A stretch of DNA of 64,000 nt from Octopus sinensis (GCF_006345805.1 NC_043014.1:49662001-49726000), one strand, 5' to 3'; positions 11,500 through 24,202 are shown, numbered from the stretch's first letter. The notes: generated by a model not told the origin, from the sequence alone. Numbers and translations are program-made.

Positions 11500-12450
11500 G
11501 GGTGGGTATGGGTTGGGGGTCTACACCCACGTGATGTACTTTTTTCTTCTTTTTTCTTTTTCTCTTTCCGACCGTTTCCCACTCATTCCCTTTTTTGCTT
11601 CTTCTTCCATAGTACTTGGGTTTTCTTTTGTTGGCGCCGGAGGTGCGACTTCCTCCCTGCTCACGGGTCTTTTGGGGGGCTTTATGAGCGGCGGAGGACA
11701 GTCCACTCTAATGTGGCCTTTTAGGCCACACTTGTAGCAACACGGGATCCTGCCCTCCACTCTGACCCTGATTATCACGTCTTTTATAGCGATAGTGTCT
11801 ACTATATTTTCGATTTCTTCCGGGGAATAATAATCATATCCAGGGTCTGCTTTTGCCAATTATTATGAGCTGTTCTTGTGGCCTGGAGGACCACTATCTT
11901 ATCTTCATTGCCGAGCAGTATGGCAGCTACTAGACCAGCTACGTCAATCTCTGGTGGTATATCTTCTACCCTAACCCTGGAAGCACGTCTCCCAAGGTAT
12001 ATGGGTAGAAGTACCACTTCTGTTTTTAAAGAGGTTGCCAAGTGTAACCTGGCAGTAGCTACCTCTTGGAAGTGCATTTCCACTGTTCCGAACTTTCTTC
12101 CTCTAGCAAGGAACAAAATTCCTTGCCAGATTGGTTTCAAGGTGCTTTCTACTTCTGTGGTCGACAGTATTTCGATTTTCTTTGTTTTCGTGGAGTATGT
12201 TCTATATATTATAGTTTTCTCCTTGTTATCTTTCATAACTTCTTGTGGAGGGAATACCTTTACTTCGCACCCCTCCCTGCAAAGCAATTTCTTATATTTA
12301 CTCAGTTCTGTTAGTTTGACTTCATTACTATGGCTCTTGGCGACAGCTGCAAAATTTCTTTTCTTCAGTTGCTCATCCATTATTTTGACAAACTTCAATA
12401 GTTCCTCCTCAGAAGACGTAGGCTCTGAGGAGGTGAGGTTTTCTTATTCC
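11500..12450 (-). pseudogene. LINE ORF1/gag-like protein remnant with CCHC zinc knuckle, frameshifted near 11860
   Basis: CYKCGLKGHIRVDC = CX2CX4HX4C; upstream frame 11802-12398 has RRM-like LINE ORF1 character (GRKFGTVEMHF, RVRVEDIP). Confidence 0.75.
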
Positions 12451-12506
12451 CTCATTAATACTTGCGCTACCCCTTCAAAGGAGGAAAGCATCAACAGACA
12501 TCAATA

Positions 12507-12671
12507 GGCGCAGGAGTGGCTGTGTGGTAAGTAGCTTGCTTACCAACCACATGGTTCCGGGTTCAGTCCCACTGTGTGGCACCTTGGGCAAGTGTCTTGT
12601 ACTATGGCCTCGGGCTGACCAAAGCGTTGTGAGTGGATTTGGTAGACGGAAACTGAAAGAAGCCTGTGGTA

Positions 12672-12766
<95 letters not shown>

Positions 12767-13008
12767 GTGTGTGTGTGTGTGTGTGTGCGTGTATGTTTGT
12801 GTGTCTGTGTTTGTCCCCCTAGCATTGCTTGACAACCGATGCTGGTGTCTTTATGTCCCCGTCACTTAGCGGTTTGGCAAAAGAGACCGGTAGAATAAGT
12901 ACTGGGCTTACAAAGAATAAGTCCCGGGGGCGATTTGCTCGACCAAAGGCGGTGCTCCAGCATGGCCGCAGTCAACTGACTGAAACAAGTAAAAGAGTAA
13001 AAGAGTAA
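12507..13008 (+). mobile_element. SINE family A, full length
   Basis: Complete head, microsatellite and tail. Confidence 0.92.
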
Positions 13009-13796
13009 GACTGCCGTAAGGCAGCAAAACAAGTGTAACAAAGTGTTAAAAAAAAAAAAACGGAACAATTTTAACAATAAATGAAACAACAAATATAAGA
13101 CTCACACACATCAATGCTGTGCAGAAAAAAATGAGACTGTAACTAACAGAGGTTGGGAACCAACAGATCTCGAGACGAGAAGTTGAGTTTTTATAGCTAT
13201 CGGTAGGCTCAAATTTGGGGTTTAGAACAGAGTGTCTCATGTGATTTTATTTAGGGACTTTGATTGGTTAGGTTGCTTATTGGCGCAATAGAGTAAGAGA
13301 CAAATTGTGCCAATACCAACCAATCAGTGGTGGACACAACAGGGTCCAAATAGAGTCCAAAGGTTAGCTGTTATCTGCTACGCTTGGATGTATGTATGTA
13401 TATATAATAGAGAGAGGAAGTTCACTAGAGTTCACTACAAATGTATGTCTAGCATCACTTCCTTCGCTTTGGCTAATTATATTTCTATTATATACACAAC
13501 CCTGCAAAGAGCCGTCGATTTTTCTTTTTAATGCTTTAAAGATGCCATTAGTTTAATTTCTTTTAATATGAAGAAACGGACAGTCAACAATGGAAGCCCT
13601 TGACATTTGATTTGACAAAAGCAAACATGACTTCTGGACAAAATTTGACTCTGAACATTACGAAGCTTACAAATGCTTATTTTGGGAAATCTTTCCAATA
13701 ATAAAATACATTGTTGACCGTGTCTACTTTTTTTAAAGAAAATTCTACATAGATCCTTATAACTTCTGTTGTGCATTACATTGCTAGAAATGGAGA

Positions 13797-14030
13797 AAGG
13801 TGGTGAGCTGGCGGAACTGTTAGCACGCTGGGCGAAATACTGAGCGGTATTTCGTCTGCCATGACGTTCTGAGTTCAAATTCCGCCAAGGTCGACTTTGC
13901 CTTTCATCCTTTCAGGGTCGATAAATTAAGTACCAGTTACGCACTGGGGTCGATGTAATCGACTTAATCCCTTTGTCTGTCCTTGTTTGTCCCTCTATGT
14001 TTTGCCCCTTGTGGGCAATAAGGAAATAAG
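13797..14030 (+). mobile_element. SINE family B monomer
   Basis: aaggtggtgagctggcgg...gcctttcatccttt...gaaataag; flanking tggagaaa direct repeat. Confidence 0.9.
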
Positions 14031-14289
14031 AACTGGAGAAATTTGTTAAATATTTCTTGGTTTTACTGGAATTAGTGAAGATAGAAATTTCTTATTTAAC
14101 TAAAACTCAACATATTTAAATATAGCATATTTAACTCAATTTCATATTTAACCATTAAAAAATTGACGTAAGCTTAAATAATAAACCGCGATAGGTAAAC
14201 TGTGATATGGTGAGGGATTATGGTACTTCATATTGTGTCAACAGTACAAACTAACATTATTTTCTTGGAAATGTTTCACTGAAATTCAT

Positions 14290-14698
14290 ACTCTTTACTC
14301 TTTTACTCTTTTACTTGTTTCAGTCATTTGACTGCGGCCATGCTGGAGCACCGCCTTTAGTCGAGCAAACCGACCATGGTACTTATTCTTTGTAAGCCCA
14401 GTACTTATTCTATCGGTCTCTTTTGCCGAACCGCTAAGTGACGGGGACGTAAACACACCAGCATCGGCTGTCAAGCAATGCTAGGGGTACAAACACAGAC
14501 ACACAAACACACACGCACATAATATATATACATATATACGACGGGCTTCTTTCAGTTTCCGTCTACCAAATCCACTCACAAGGCATTGGTCGGCCCGAGG
14601 CTATAGTAGAAGACACTTGCCCAAGGTGCCACGCAGTGGGACTGAACCCGGAACCATGTGGTTGGTAAGCAAGCTACTTACTACACAGCCACTCCTGC
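14290..14698 (-). mobile_element. SINE family A, full length
   Basis: Complete reverse-complement copy. Confidence 0.92.
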
Positions 14699-15477
14699 AC
14701 ATATTGAATATCTGTTAGAAAATGAAAAATATATGAAGTTTTTTTCCCTCTTACTACAAGCTAATAAGTTTTGTCTTAATTTTTCCTATTTCTACCTCAG
14801 CAGTTGAGCGATCTTTTTTTTCTTTTTCTCCTCTCAAAAGAGTAAAAAACTGCATTACATCCTTAAGAAAGTCGAGAAAAGCTAACATACTTAGCTATGC
14901 TCTCAAATGAAGACATACATACATGATAAAAATAGTGGAAAGCTGAGATTCTTATGCCATTCTCAGGCAAGGGTTTTTCCAAAATACTCACGGGACCGAA
15001 TATCCCTTGAAGTAAACTATTTTTGCAGATAAGACATTTCCTGTTTTTCCTCTTGACAATAAACCATTGTGAAAAAAATGTGAAGTGCAGAAATTTAGCT
15101 TAAAATATGAAAACGAATGCATATTACGAATCAAATTTTTTTATATATCATTTTCACGAGAGACAACATGCAATGGGGTACATTCTTGCTATATGTACCC
15201 AACGTCTATTGTGAAGGTGTGTGGCTTAGTGGTTAGGGCACTTGGCTCATGATTGTAAGGTCGTGAGTTCAATTCCTGGTGACTTGTAGTGTCCTTGAGC
15301 AAGACACTTTACTTCACATTGCTCCAGTCCACTCAGCTGGCAAAAATGAATTGTACCTGTATTTCAAAGGGCCATCCTTGTCACGCTCTGTGTCATGCTG
15401 ATTCTCCCTAAGAACTACGTTAAGGGTATGCGTGTCTGTGGATTGCTCAGTCACTTGCACGTTAATTTTACGACCAG

Positions 15478-15597
15478 GCTTACGGCCATATCATGTTGAA
15501 AGCACCGATTCTCGTCTGATCACCGAAGTTAAGCAACGTCGAGCCTAGTCAGTACTTATATGGGTGACCGCTTGGGAAACCTAGGTGCAGTAAGCAT
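15478..15597 (+). rRNA. Full-length 5S rRNA-derived sequence (probably a SINE3 head or pseudogene, not an array gene)
   Basis: gcttacggccat...gtaagca, ~120 nt, complementary termini, A box agttaagc at +50, degenerate C box gtacttatatgggtgacc; no T-run terminator follows. Confidence 0.88.
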
Positions 15598-15672
15598 AGC
15601 ACATTCAGCGGTGGTGCCCCAGCATGGCCACGGCCTTCGGGCTAAAACATTTTTAAGGATTTAAGGATTAAG
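15478..15672 (+). mobile_element. 5S rRNA-derived SINE (SINE3-like)
   Basis: 5S head joined to agcacattcagcggtggtgccccagcatggccacggccttcgggct...(tttaagga)n, similar to the SINE A 3' end; inserted inside another SINE. Confidence 0.7.
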
Positions 15673-15879
15673 GCTGTTCCGTTGATCGTATCAGCTGGGA
15701 CCCTCGTCGTCGTAACCGACGGAGTGCTCCTCTATTAGCATGGTTTTGAATTTTACAATAGCATACTCAGGCTGAAGCGCCAAAAATCACCATTCCATGT
15801 CTGTGTGTGTTTGTGTATCATATATTAAAATTCAGTGTATTTCACACTCTGATTATGTTGGTAGAGAGAAACTAAAATG

Positions 15880-16113
15880 TTTTTCTTTACTACCCACAAG
15901 GGGCTAAACACAGAGGGGACAAACAAGGACAGACAAACGGATCAAGTCGATTACATCGACCCCAGTGTGTAACTGGTACTTAATTTATCGACCCCGAAAG
16001 GATGAAAGGCAAAGTCGACCTCGGCGGAATTTGAACTCAGAACGTAATGGCAGACAAAATATGGCTACGCATTTCGCCTGGCATGCTAATGTTTCTGCCA
16101 GCTCGCCGCCTTT
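15880..16113 (-). mobile_element. SINE family B monomer with 13-bp TSD
   Basis: agagaaactaaaa at 15865-15877 and 16114-16126. Confidence 0.92.
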
Positions 16114-16600
16114 AGAGAAACTAAAACGAGAAACAAACTAGGAGAGAGTGACTGTCAGAGACGCTAAATGTAGGTGAACTGTACCGAAGGGTTTTTCTCT
16201 GCAATGTCTGATATTTTAATCAATACGAAACTACAAATTTTTATCATAAATTGTATTTAATTTATAGATTTCACACTTGAATGCACACATAGACACATAC
16301 GAAATTAAATATTAAACTCTATTCTTTTCAAAATATTATTGTTCATTTATAAATTATATCTTTCCAATTCGCCTTTTTTTTGTGGGGGTTGGTCTGTTTT
16401 CCCATACTTAGCCCTTAGGTGGGTTAACATATTCCACAAGTCTTCGAAACAGGAATTTGCTGATGGGAAGTTGTCAACAGCACCAGTTTGATTGACTTTT
16501 CTCAGAAATGTAAACAAATCATATGTACACATGCATGCATACACACACACACACGCATGTATATACACCTTGGGCAAGTGTCTTCTACTATTGTCCAGGC

Positions 16601-16772
16601 CAGTGGTTTTCAACCAGGGTTCCGCCAGTACAGTCCAGGGGTTCCGCAAGAAGTTACAAAACTGCTAAAATTGGCAGTAATTTATAATTCTCCTGTGCAG
16701 ATATGTGTGCATAAGACTATTAAATTATTGCACAGGGGTTCCTCGAGCCAGTAAAAAGTTTGAAAAGCACTG
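16601..16772. mobile_element. hAT-type MITE (172 bp, same family as 10504) inserted in a SINE A fragment
   Basis: Same TIR; 8-bp TSD gtccaggc at 16593-16600 and 16773-16780. Confidence 0.9.
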
Positions 16773-16854
16773 GTCCAGGCCAACCAAAGCCTTGTGAGTA
16801 GATTTAATAAAGAAGCTCAGTATGTGTTTGTTTGTATGTATGTATACATATATG

Positions 16855-16890
<36 letters not shown>

Positions 16891-17014
16891 TGTACACACA
16901 CAGATAGATATCTATGTACACACATAAATACCTATATAAATATCTATATACATATATCTATATAGATGTGTGTGTGTGTGTGTTTTGCTATCTCCTTGCC
17001 TTGACATTGTGTGA

Positions 17015-17970
17015 TAATAATAATAATAATAATAATTGTGTACAGTGCTCAGGTGCACTACAACTCATCTAAAGTGTATATATAATCAGGTGTAGTTTCG
17101 GCGGATTTCGGAAAGCATGAGGGCCTTAAAAGATGCAGTGTCATGGCAGTCAACAACTGACGCAGGCAGTTTATTCCATGCTTCAGCAACTCTGAGCGTG
17201 AAAAAATGTTTCCGAAAGTCATGAGAGCTGTATTGTTTTCTGACTTTGTAGGCATGTCCACGTGTGTTAGACACATGGAGATCAAAAAGGTGTTCAGTGT
17301 TGTTGGTGAGGTGGTTGATAACTTTGTGGGTGTTTACCAAGTCCGTCGCCAGACGCCGGAGCTTCAGTGAATCCATGCCCAGGGAAACAAGGCGCTCAGA
17401 ATATGGTAGGTGTCTGATGGAGGGTATGCGTTTGGTTGCACGTCTCTGGACAGATTCCAGGAGGTCAATGTTCTGTGCAAGATAGGGGTTCCAAACTGAT
17501 GATGCAAATTCCAAGTGTGGTCGTACCATAGCTGTATACAGTTTTAAATAGATGGCTGGAGAGCGGCTAACAAAAGACCTGCTGAGTGATGCCAAGACAC
17601 CCTCGGCCTTCCTGACAATCTTAGAGATATGCTTTGTCCAACGCAAATCACTGCTGACAGTGATGCCTAGGTCACGCTCGCAAGAGGATTTCTTGATATC
17701 AGTGTTGTGGAGGGAGTATGTGAACGCAGGGTTTTTTCTCCCAAAATGCATGGTGGTACACTTGTCCACAGCCAGTTTCAGTTGCCAGTCTGTGATCCAT
17801 TGCTGCATTGTGTCTAGGTCTGATTGCAGGAAAGAGTTGTAGACATCAGGATCTGTCCTCTTGATTTCAAGGTACAGCTTGATGTCGTCTGCATATTTCA
17901 ATACTGTGGCATTCTTTAAATTGGCATCTATGTCGTTAATGTATGCCACAACAAGAGGGGATAGTCGTAA
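17015..17970 (-). mobile_element. 5'-truncated CR1/L2-group LINE: RT C-terminal region, 3'UTR and (TTA)n tail
   Basis: AYINDID..LKYADDIKLY..LGITVSSDLRW..YTAMVRPHLEFASSVWNPY; frame open to a stop at 17086; (aat)n tail at 17015-17037. Confidence 0.92.
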
Positions 17971-18167
17971 GCGAGTGTCACTGACATGCAAGTGGTTTCC
18001 TCTGTTTTCAATCTTCCATGAAAACATGTCTGGCCACAGAGGAATATTAATTTGCTTGGAAACGGGTGAGGGTTGCTGACAGGGAAGGCACCCAGCTGAA
18101 CAAAATCTGTTCATATGGACGATTCATATATATATGTTCAATGGATGATTTATATATATATATATGT

Positions 18168-18675
18168 GGAGGCGCAATGGCCCAGTGGTTAGGGCAGCGG
18201 ACTCGCAGTCATAGGATCGCAGTTTCGATTCCCAGACCAGGCATTGTGAGTGTTTATTGAACGAAAACACCTAAAGCTCCACGAGGCTCCGGCAGGGGGT
18301 GGTGGTGAACCCTGCCGTACTCTTTCACCACAACTTTCTCTCACTCTTTCTTCCTGTTTCTGTTGTACCTGCATTTCAAAGGGGCCAGCCTTGTCACACA
18401 GTGTGTCACGCTGAATCTCCCCGAGAACTACATTAAGGGTACACATGTCTGTGGAGTGCTCGGCCACTTGCACGTTAATAAATGAGCTGCGACGTCAATG
18501 GTGCCAAGCTGTATCGGCCCCTTTGCCTTTCCCTTGGATGACATTGGTGGCATGGAGAGGCGAGGCCAGTATGCATGGGCGACTGCTGGTCTTCCTTAAA
18601 CAACCTTGCCCAGACTTGTATCTCTGAGGGTAACTTTCTAGGTGCAATTCCATGGTCATTCATGACCGAAGGAGG
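18168..18675 (+). mobile_element. Chimeric SINE: family C 5' part joined to family F 3' part at ~18478
   Basis: C sequence matches 57158-57542 up to cacgttaat; remainder matches the tail of 43028-43362. Confidence 0.8.
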
Positions 18676-18857
18676 TCACAATATATGTGTATGTGTATTA
18701 TGTGGATGACAATATTTTCAACCAAGATATTACAACTGTATCTGATTTTTCAAGTGCTTCAATTTTGTATATGTATATATATTTACTCAATTCCTGGTAT
18801 TTATCAATTGTTTCTTCCATTGTTTTAATGCACCATCTTGTATTACTCTTATTTTTT

Positions 18858-19256
18858 TACTCTTTTACTTGTTTCAGTCATTTGACTGCGGCCATGCTGG
18901 AGCACCGCCTTTAGTCGAGCAAATCAACCCTGGGACTTATTCTTTGTAAGCCCAGTACTTATTCTATCGGTCTCTTTTGCCGAACCGCTAAGTGACAGGG
19001 ACGTAAACACACCAGCATCGGTTGTCAAGCAATGCTAGAGGGACAAACACAGACACACAAACATATACACACACATACATATATATACATATATATACGA
19101 CAGGCTTCTTTCAGTTTCCGTCTACCAAATCAACTCACAAGGCTTTGGTCGGCCCGAGGCTATAGCAGAAGACACTTGCCCAAGATGCCACGCAGTGGGA
19201 CTGAACCCGGAACCATGTGGTTGGTTAGCAAGCTACTTACCACACAGCCACTCCTG
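18858..19256 (-). mobile_element. SINE family A, full length
   Basis: Complete reverse-complement copy. Confidence 0.92.
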
Positions 19257-19339
19257 TCAACATTTTTGACGACACGGGTATGCTAGTATATAAAGTAGAT
19301 ATATGCCTGCTTGTCATTTTATTTACATTTTTATGTTAC

Positions 19340-19818
19340 TGTTGCTGATCCGTATAGATCCATCAGGTACTAGAATTTATTGATCGGTCACCTTACATTA
19401 TTTCTTCTCCCCCGCTCCAACCATCGCTCTCTTCCTTCCCCTCTTTCATCGAATCAGCAACACACGCAGACGACCAGATATACATGCACCATACGCACAC
19501 CACAAGGATAAGTCAATATGAAGAATTCTGTTTTAGTGCTTGTCTGTTGTTGTTGTTGTTGTTGTTTCGTCTTAGTACACTTAAACTCAAGGGACTACTG
19601 CTACTACATATGGTGTGTTTTCCACTTAGCCATTTGTTGACATTGTCAGGCAGACACATCACCTAACGACTTAAGTATTTAGTATTGGGATTGGAGATGC
19701 ATTGTTGGATCGGAACAGGATTCTGCTTGGAACAACGTGAACAAATAAATAAATGAATAAATAGATATATCTGTATCGTCCGTGATGCGTTACGTGCTTC
19801 GTGGAACCTCACACTACA
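19340..19818 (+). mobile_element. Possible solo LTR
   Basis: TG...CTACA-bounded unique block with an AATAAA cluster near its 3' end; no TSD found. Confidence 0.2.
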
Positions 19819-20052
19819 CACTGAAGTGTACTTTCTGGCCGGTTGGTAGATATATTAAGTTTCCAAGATATAATGTACACGTGTCTGTGTGTGTGTGAGT
19901 GTGCGTGTGTGTGTGTGTGTGAGTGTGTGTGTGTGAGTGTGTATGTGTGTGTGTGTGTGTGTCTGTGTGTGTGTAAAGATCCCCTTTGGTTATGAATGAC
20001 CATGGGATTGCATCTAGAAGGTTCCCTTCCGAGGCACAAGTCCCGGCAAAAT

Positions 20053-20415
20053 TTCTTATTTCTTTACTACCCACAAGGGACTAAACAAGGATGGACAAAG
20101 GGATTAAGTCGATTATATCGACCCCAGTGCATATCTGGCATGTAATTTATCGACCCCGAAAGGATGAAAGGCAAAGTTGACCTCAGCGGAATTTGAACTC
20201 AGAACGTAATGGCAGATGAAATACCTATTTCTTTACTACACACAAGGGGCTAAACATAGAGGGGACAAACAAGGACGGACAAAGGGATTAAGTCGATTAC
20301 ATCGACCCCAGTGCGTAACTGGTACTTAATTTATTGACCCCGAAAGGATGAAAGGCAAAGTCGACCTCAGCGTAATTTGAACTCAGAACATAATGGCAGA
20401 CAAAATACCGCTAAG
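20053..20415 (-). mobile_element. SINE family B dimer
   Basis: Two body units joined at gaaatag/gtatt. Confidence 0.9.
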
Positions 20416-20639
20416 CTTTTTTGTGGAGGACATAACACATATGACAAACAGCTGTCTGAAAATGTCATTGAGGTACTACCACCGACTGATACGATGTTGT
20501 TAGAACGATATACAATGCTATCCTCAGATAGCATTGCCGTGGGATAAATATAAACATACATACATAGCAGAAAGAATATTCGTTGAACAATGTGGTCAAA
20601 ACTAGTAACAAGTACAAACATAGCAGATCTGAGAGGGTT

Positions 20640-21060
20640 ATTTGGGACAAAAGACCCCTACTTGTGAAGACCTGTTGAGGCAAGTGAAAATCTAAAATCG
20701 AAATCGATCAACATCAATGGAAATTATAGCTGTGATACCAGTGCCGGTGGCACATAAGAGAACCATCCGAATGTGGCCTTTGCCAGCGCCGCCCTGACTG
20801 GCCTCCGTGCCGGTGGCATGTAAAAAGCACCATCTGATCATGGCTGTTTGCCAGCCTCGTCTGGCACCTGTGCGGGTGGCACGTAAAAAGCACCCACTAC
20901 ACTCACAGAGTGGTTGGCGTTAGGAAGGGCATCCAGCTGTAGAAACACTGCCAGATCAGACTGGGCCTGGCGCAGCCTTCTGGCTTCTCAGACCCCAGTT
21001 GAACCGTCCAACCCATGCTAGCATGGAAAGCGGACGCTAAATGATGATGATGATGATGGT
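20640..21060 (+). mobile_element. SINE family D, long copy
   Basis: Internal gccggtggcacgtaaaaagcacc repeats and (GAT)n tail. Confidence 0.88.
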
Positions 21061-21789
21061 GAGGAAAAGAAAATTCTTGGATAGTCATAAAAGTTAGCTG
21101 CCCTGCAGGTGTGAAAATCTCTTCCAGAATCAGAGACCAGGAGAACTTCAGTGGACAACTTCTTTGATACCCGAAACTCCTCTACTTTATATTCATACCA
21201 GTACTCCGTCATGTTTGTAAATGTCTAAGCTACAATCTGGGGTGGGAGGGAGCTAAGATTTTCAAGCAATGAGACCAGTTGAACTTTACTGATACAATCT
21301 ATAAGTGGAACAGTCAAAATATGCGAGACTTTCTGAAAGTTCAGTATGTAACAATTATTGATGTTCTTATCTAGATTCCAGTGATGGAGCTTTTGTTTCT
21401 TTGTCAGAAACCAGCTCCCTCCTTTGAGAAAGAATACAAATAGACACAAGAAAAAGACATACATACATACATAATTCTCATATATATATGTGCATACATA
21501 CAAACATACACGCATACATATGCTCACTTTATTTGAGCTGCGGTCATGTGTCACATGGCTGGTTGGCTCTGATTGGCTGATGGTGGTGTGGTGTTTGGTC
21601 AATGTGAAAGACTCTCTTTCAAAGTGACTATGCTTCAAATATAATATCGGAGAAAGAGCGAGAGAGAAAGAGTGGTGATATTTGAAAATGTAGTTTGACC
21701 TTTCAACAGTGTGTAGAGCCTGTCAAAGTTATACTAGTGCCAAACACTAGATAAACCACCATGACTTCAGTCAATATTGTAGCTGTGTG

Positions 21790-21942
21790 TGTGTGTGTGT
21801 GTGTTTGTGCGTACACACATACATACACTCACACATCTAGATATATTTGATGCATACACATATATATTTGGATATGTATATGTATATATATATGTGTGTG
21901 TGTCTATATGTATATTTGTTCATACGATGATGATGATATATG

Positions 21943-21976
<34 letters not shown>

Positions 21977-22199
21977 GTATGTATATTGTATGTATGTATG
22001 TATATGTATGTATGTATGTATGTATATATATTCTATATGTATGTATGTATATATATATGTATGTATATATATATATGTTATATGTATATATATGTATGTA
22101 TGTATATATATGTATGTATGTATGTATATATAATATATGTATATATATCTTGAATGTATAATGTATGTATATATATATGTATGTATGTATATATATATA

Positions 22200-22244
<45 letters not shown>

Positions 22245-22312
22245 TATATGTATATATATCTATAATGTATTATATATGTATATATATGTATATATATATA
22301 TATATATGTATC

Positions 22313-22345
<33 letters not shown>

Positions 22346-22707
22346 GTATATATATTATATATATATACACACATATAAAGCATTCATTTATGTATTTATA
22401 TATATATATATATATATATTTGTATCAAACATATCTATACATTTCATATATATATACACACATGTATATACAATTTGTGTATAAATACGTGCATACTCTA
22501 CTCACACCCACACACAAGCATACACAAACACGTCTTTTAGTGTGAGTGTATATATGCACGTGTATGTCTGTCTGTGTGTGCGTGACTTTATGTATAAGTG
22601 TAGTGTATGTATGTAAGCGTGTTGGTTTTCTCTTTCTGTCTGCGCTGCGTCTCTCTGTATATACATATGTACATACATACTTACATATATATATATATAT
22701 ATTATAC

Positions 22708-22757
<50 letters not shown>

Positions 22758-22789
22758 ATATAATATCTATATATATATATATATATTGG

Positions 22790-22821
<32 letters not shown>

Positions 22822-22822
22822 G

Positions 22823-22874
<52 letters not shown>

Positions 22875-22924
22875 GTGTATATATATATATATGTATATAT
22901 ATATGTATATATATAATATATATC

Positions 22925-23019
<95 letters not shown>

Positions 23020-23191
23020 CATATTCATACATATATTTATATACATATATATATATATATATATACATATATACATATATATCGTTACAACAATACAAGT
23101 ATCGTTACTACAATACTTTTTACCTGTGCGTGTAGGTGTGTACCTGTCTCACTGTGTAGGAGTGTCTGCTTGTGTGTGTGTGCATATGTGC

Positions 23192-23229
<38 letters not shown>

Positions 23230-23260
23230 TGATCTATGTGTCTGTGTGTATCAATGCTAG
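21790..23260. repeat. ~1.4-kb compound (TA)n/(TATG)n/(TG)n microsatellite field
   Basis: Direct inspection. Confidence 0.95.
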
Positions 23261-23529
23261 TTATGTAACGACTAAAATGCCATTGTTACAATGTCATACA
23301 ATGTCGCAGCAGCTTGCGTAGAACAGTTTTATTTCATTTCACATTTCACAATGACTATATTAGGAAGAATTTACTAAGTGACTAATCGTCGTTATGCATC
23401 TCCGTATATATGTATGCGTGTGTGTGTGTGTATAAATATTTGTATGTGTACACATGTATGCATAGATGTGTTTATGTATATATATGTATATATATGTGTG
23501 TATGTGTATATATATATATATATAAAATA

Positions 23530-23779
23530 AATAAATGCACCCTTTTAAAGCCTAGCCAGGATCATGGGTCCAGTTTCCCAGTTTCACTGGTGTGTGTGTT
23601 CCCCAGCTGGACCGGACGCTGGTCCATCGCAGCGTTACTCATTTTTGCCAGCTGAGTGGACTGGAGCAATGTGAAATGAAGTGTTTTGCTCAAGAACACA
23701 ACGCATCACCCGGTCCGGGAATCGAAACCACAATCTTACAATCATGATGCTGACACCCTAACCACTAAGCCACGTGCCT

Positions 23780-23782
<3 letters not shown>
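23530..23782 (-). mobile_element. SINE with CORE-like head and ctgcgatggaccagcgtccggtccag module
   Basis: Reverse complement of the family at 40606-40850. Confidence 0.85.
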
Positions 23783-23816
<34 letters not shown>

Positions 23817-23904
23817 GATGTGAAAATAGGAGATTGGAAATATCCTGGCACTATTTATTCACAATTACATTTCATTTGCTAATAGTAGTCACATCTGTAC
23901 ATGT

Positions 23905-24202
23905 GGAGGCACCTGGCCTAGTGGTTAGAGCAGCGGATTCGCGGTCGAGGGATCGCGGGTTCGATTTCCAGACCGGGCGATGTGTGTGTTTTTGAGCAAA
24001 ACACCTACCCTCCTCGCGGCTCCAGCAGAAGGTAATGGCAAACTTCTGCTGACTCTTTCGCCACAACTTCCTCTCACTCTTTCCTCCTGCATCTTGCAGC
24101 TCACCTGCGACAGACCGGCGTCCCGTCCAGGTGGGGAACCTATACACCAAGGAAACCGGGAAACCGGCCCTTATGAGCCAGGCATGGCTCCAGAAGGAAC
24201 AA
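23905..24202 (+). mobile_element. SINE family E with 14-bp TSD
   Basis: tRNA-like head; TSD acatctgtacatgt at 23891-23904 and 24203-24216. Confidence 0.92.

Larger units (their letters stand above)
15213..15730 (+). mobile_element. Chimeric SINE (CORE-like head plus family C tail) hosting a 5S-derived insertion
   Basis: ccttgagcaagacact...ctccagtccactcagctgg head; tail ...gttaatttta|insert|gctgttccgttgatc...gtaaccgacggagtgc. Confidence 0.8.

Noticed and set aside
11878-12507. 209-aa plus-strand ORF
   Set aside because: Antisense shadow of the minus-strand ORF1 remnant
15478-15597. Functional 5S rDNA gene
   Set aside because: Solitary, no T-rich terminator, substitutions in the C box, and embedded in a SINE
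17965-18114. N-terminal 50 aa of the 342-aa ORF as part of the RT
   Set aside because: RT similarity starts at about SPLVVAYINDID; upstream codons come from unrelated flanking DNA
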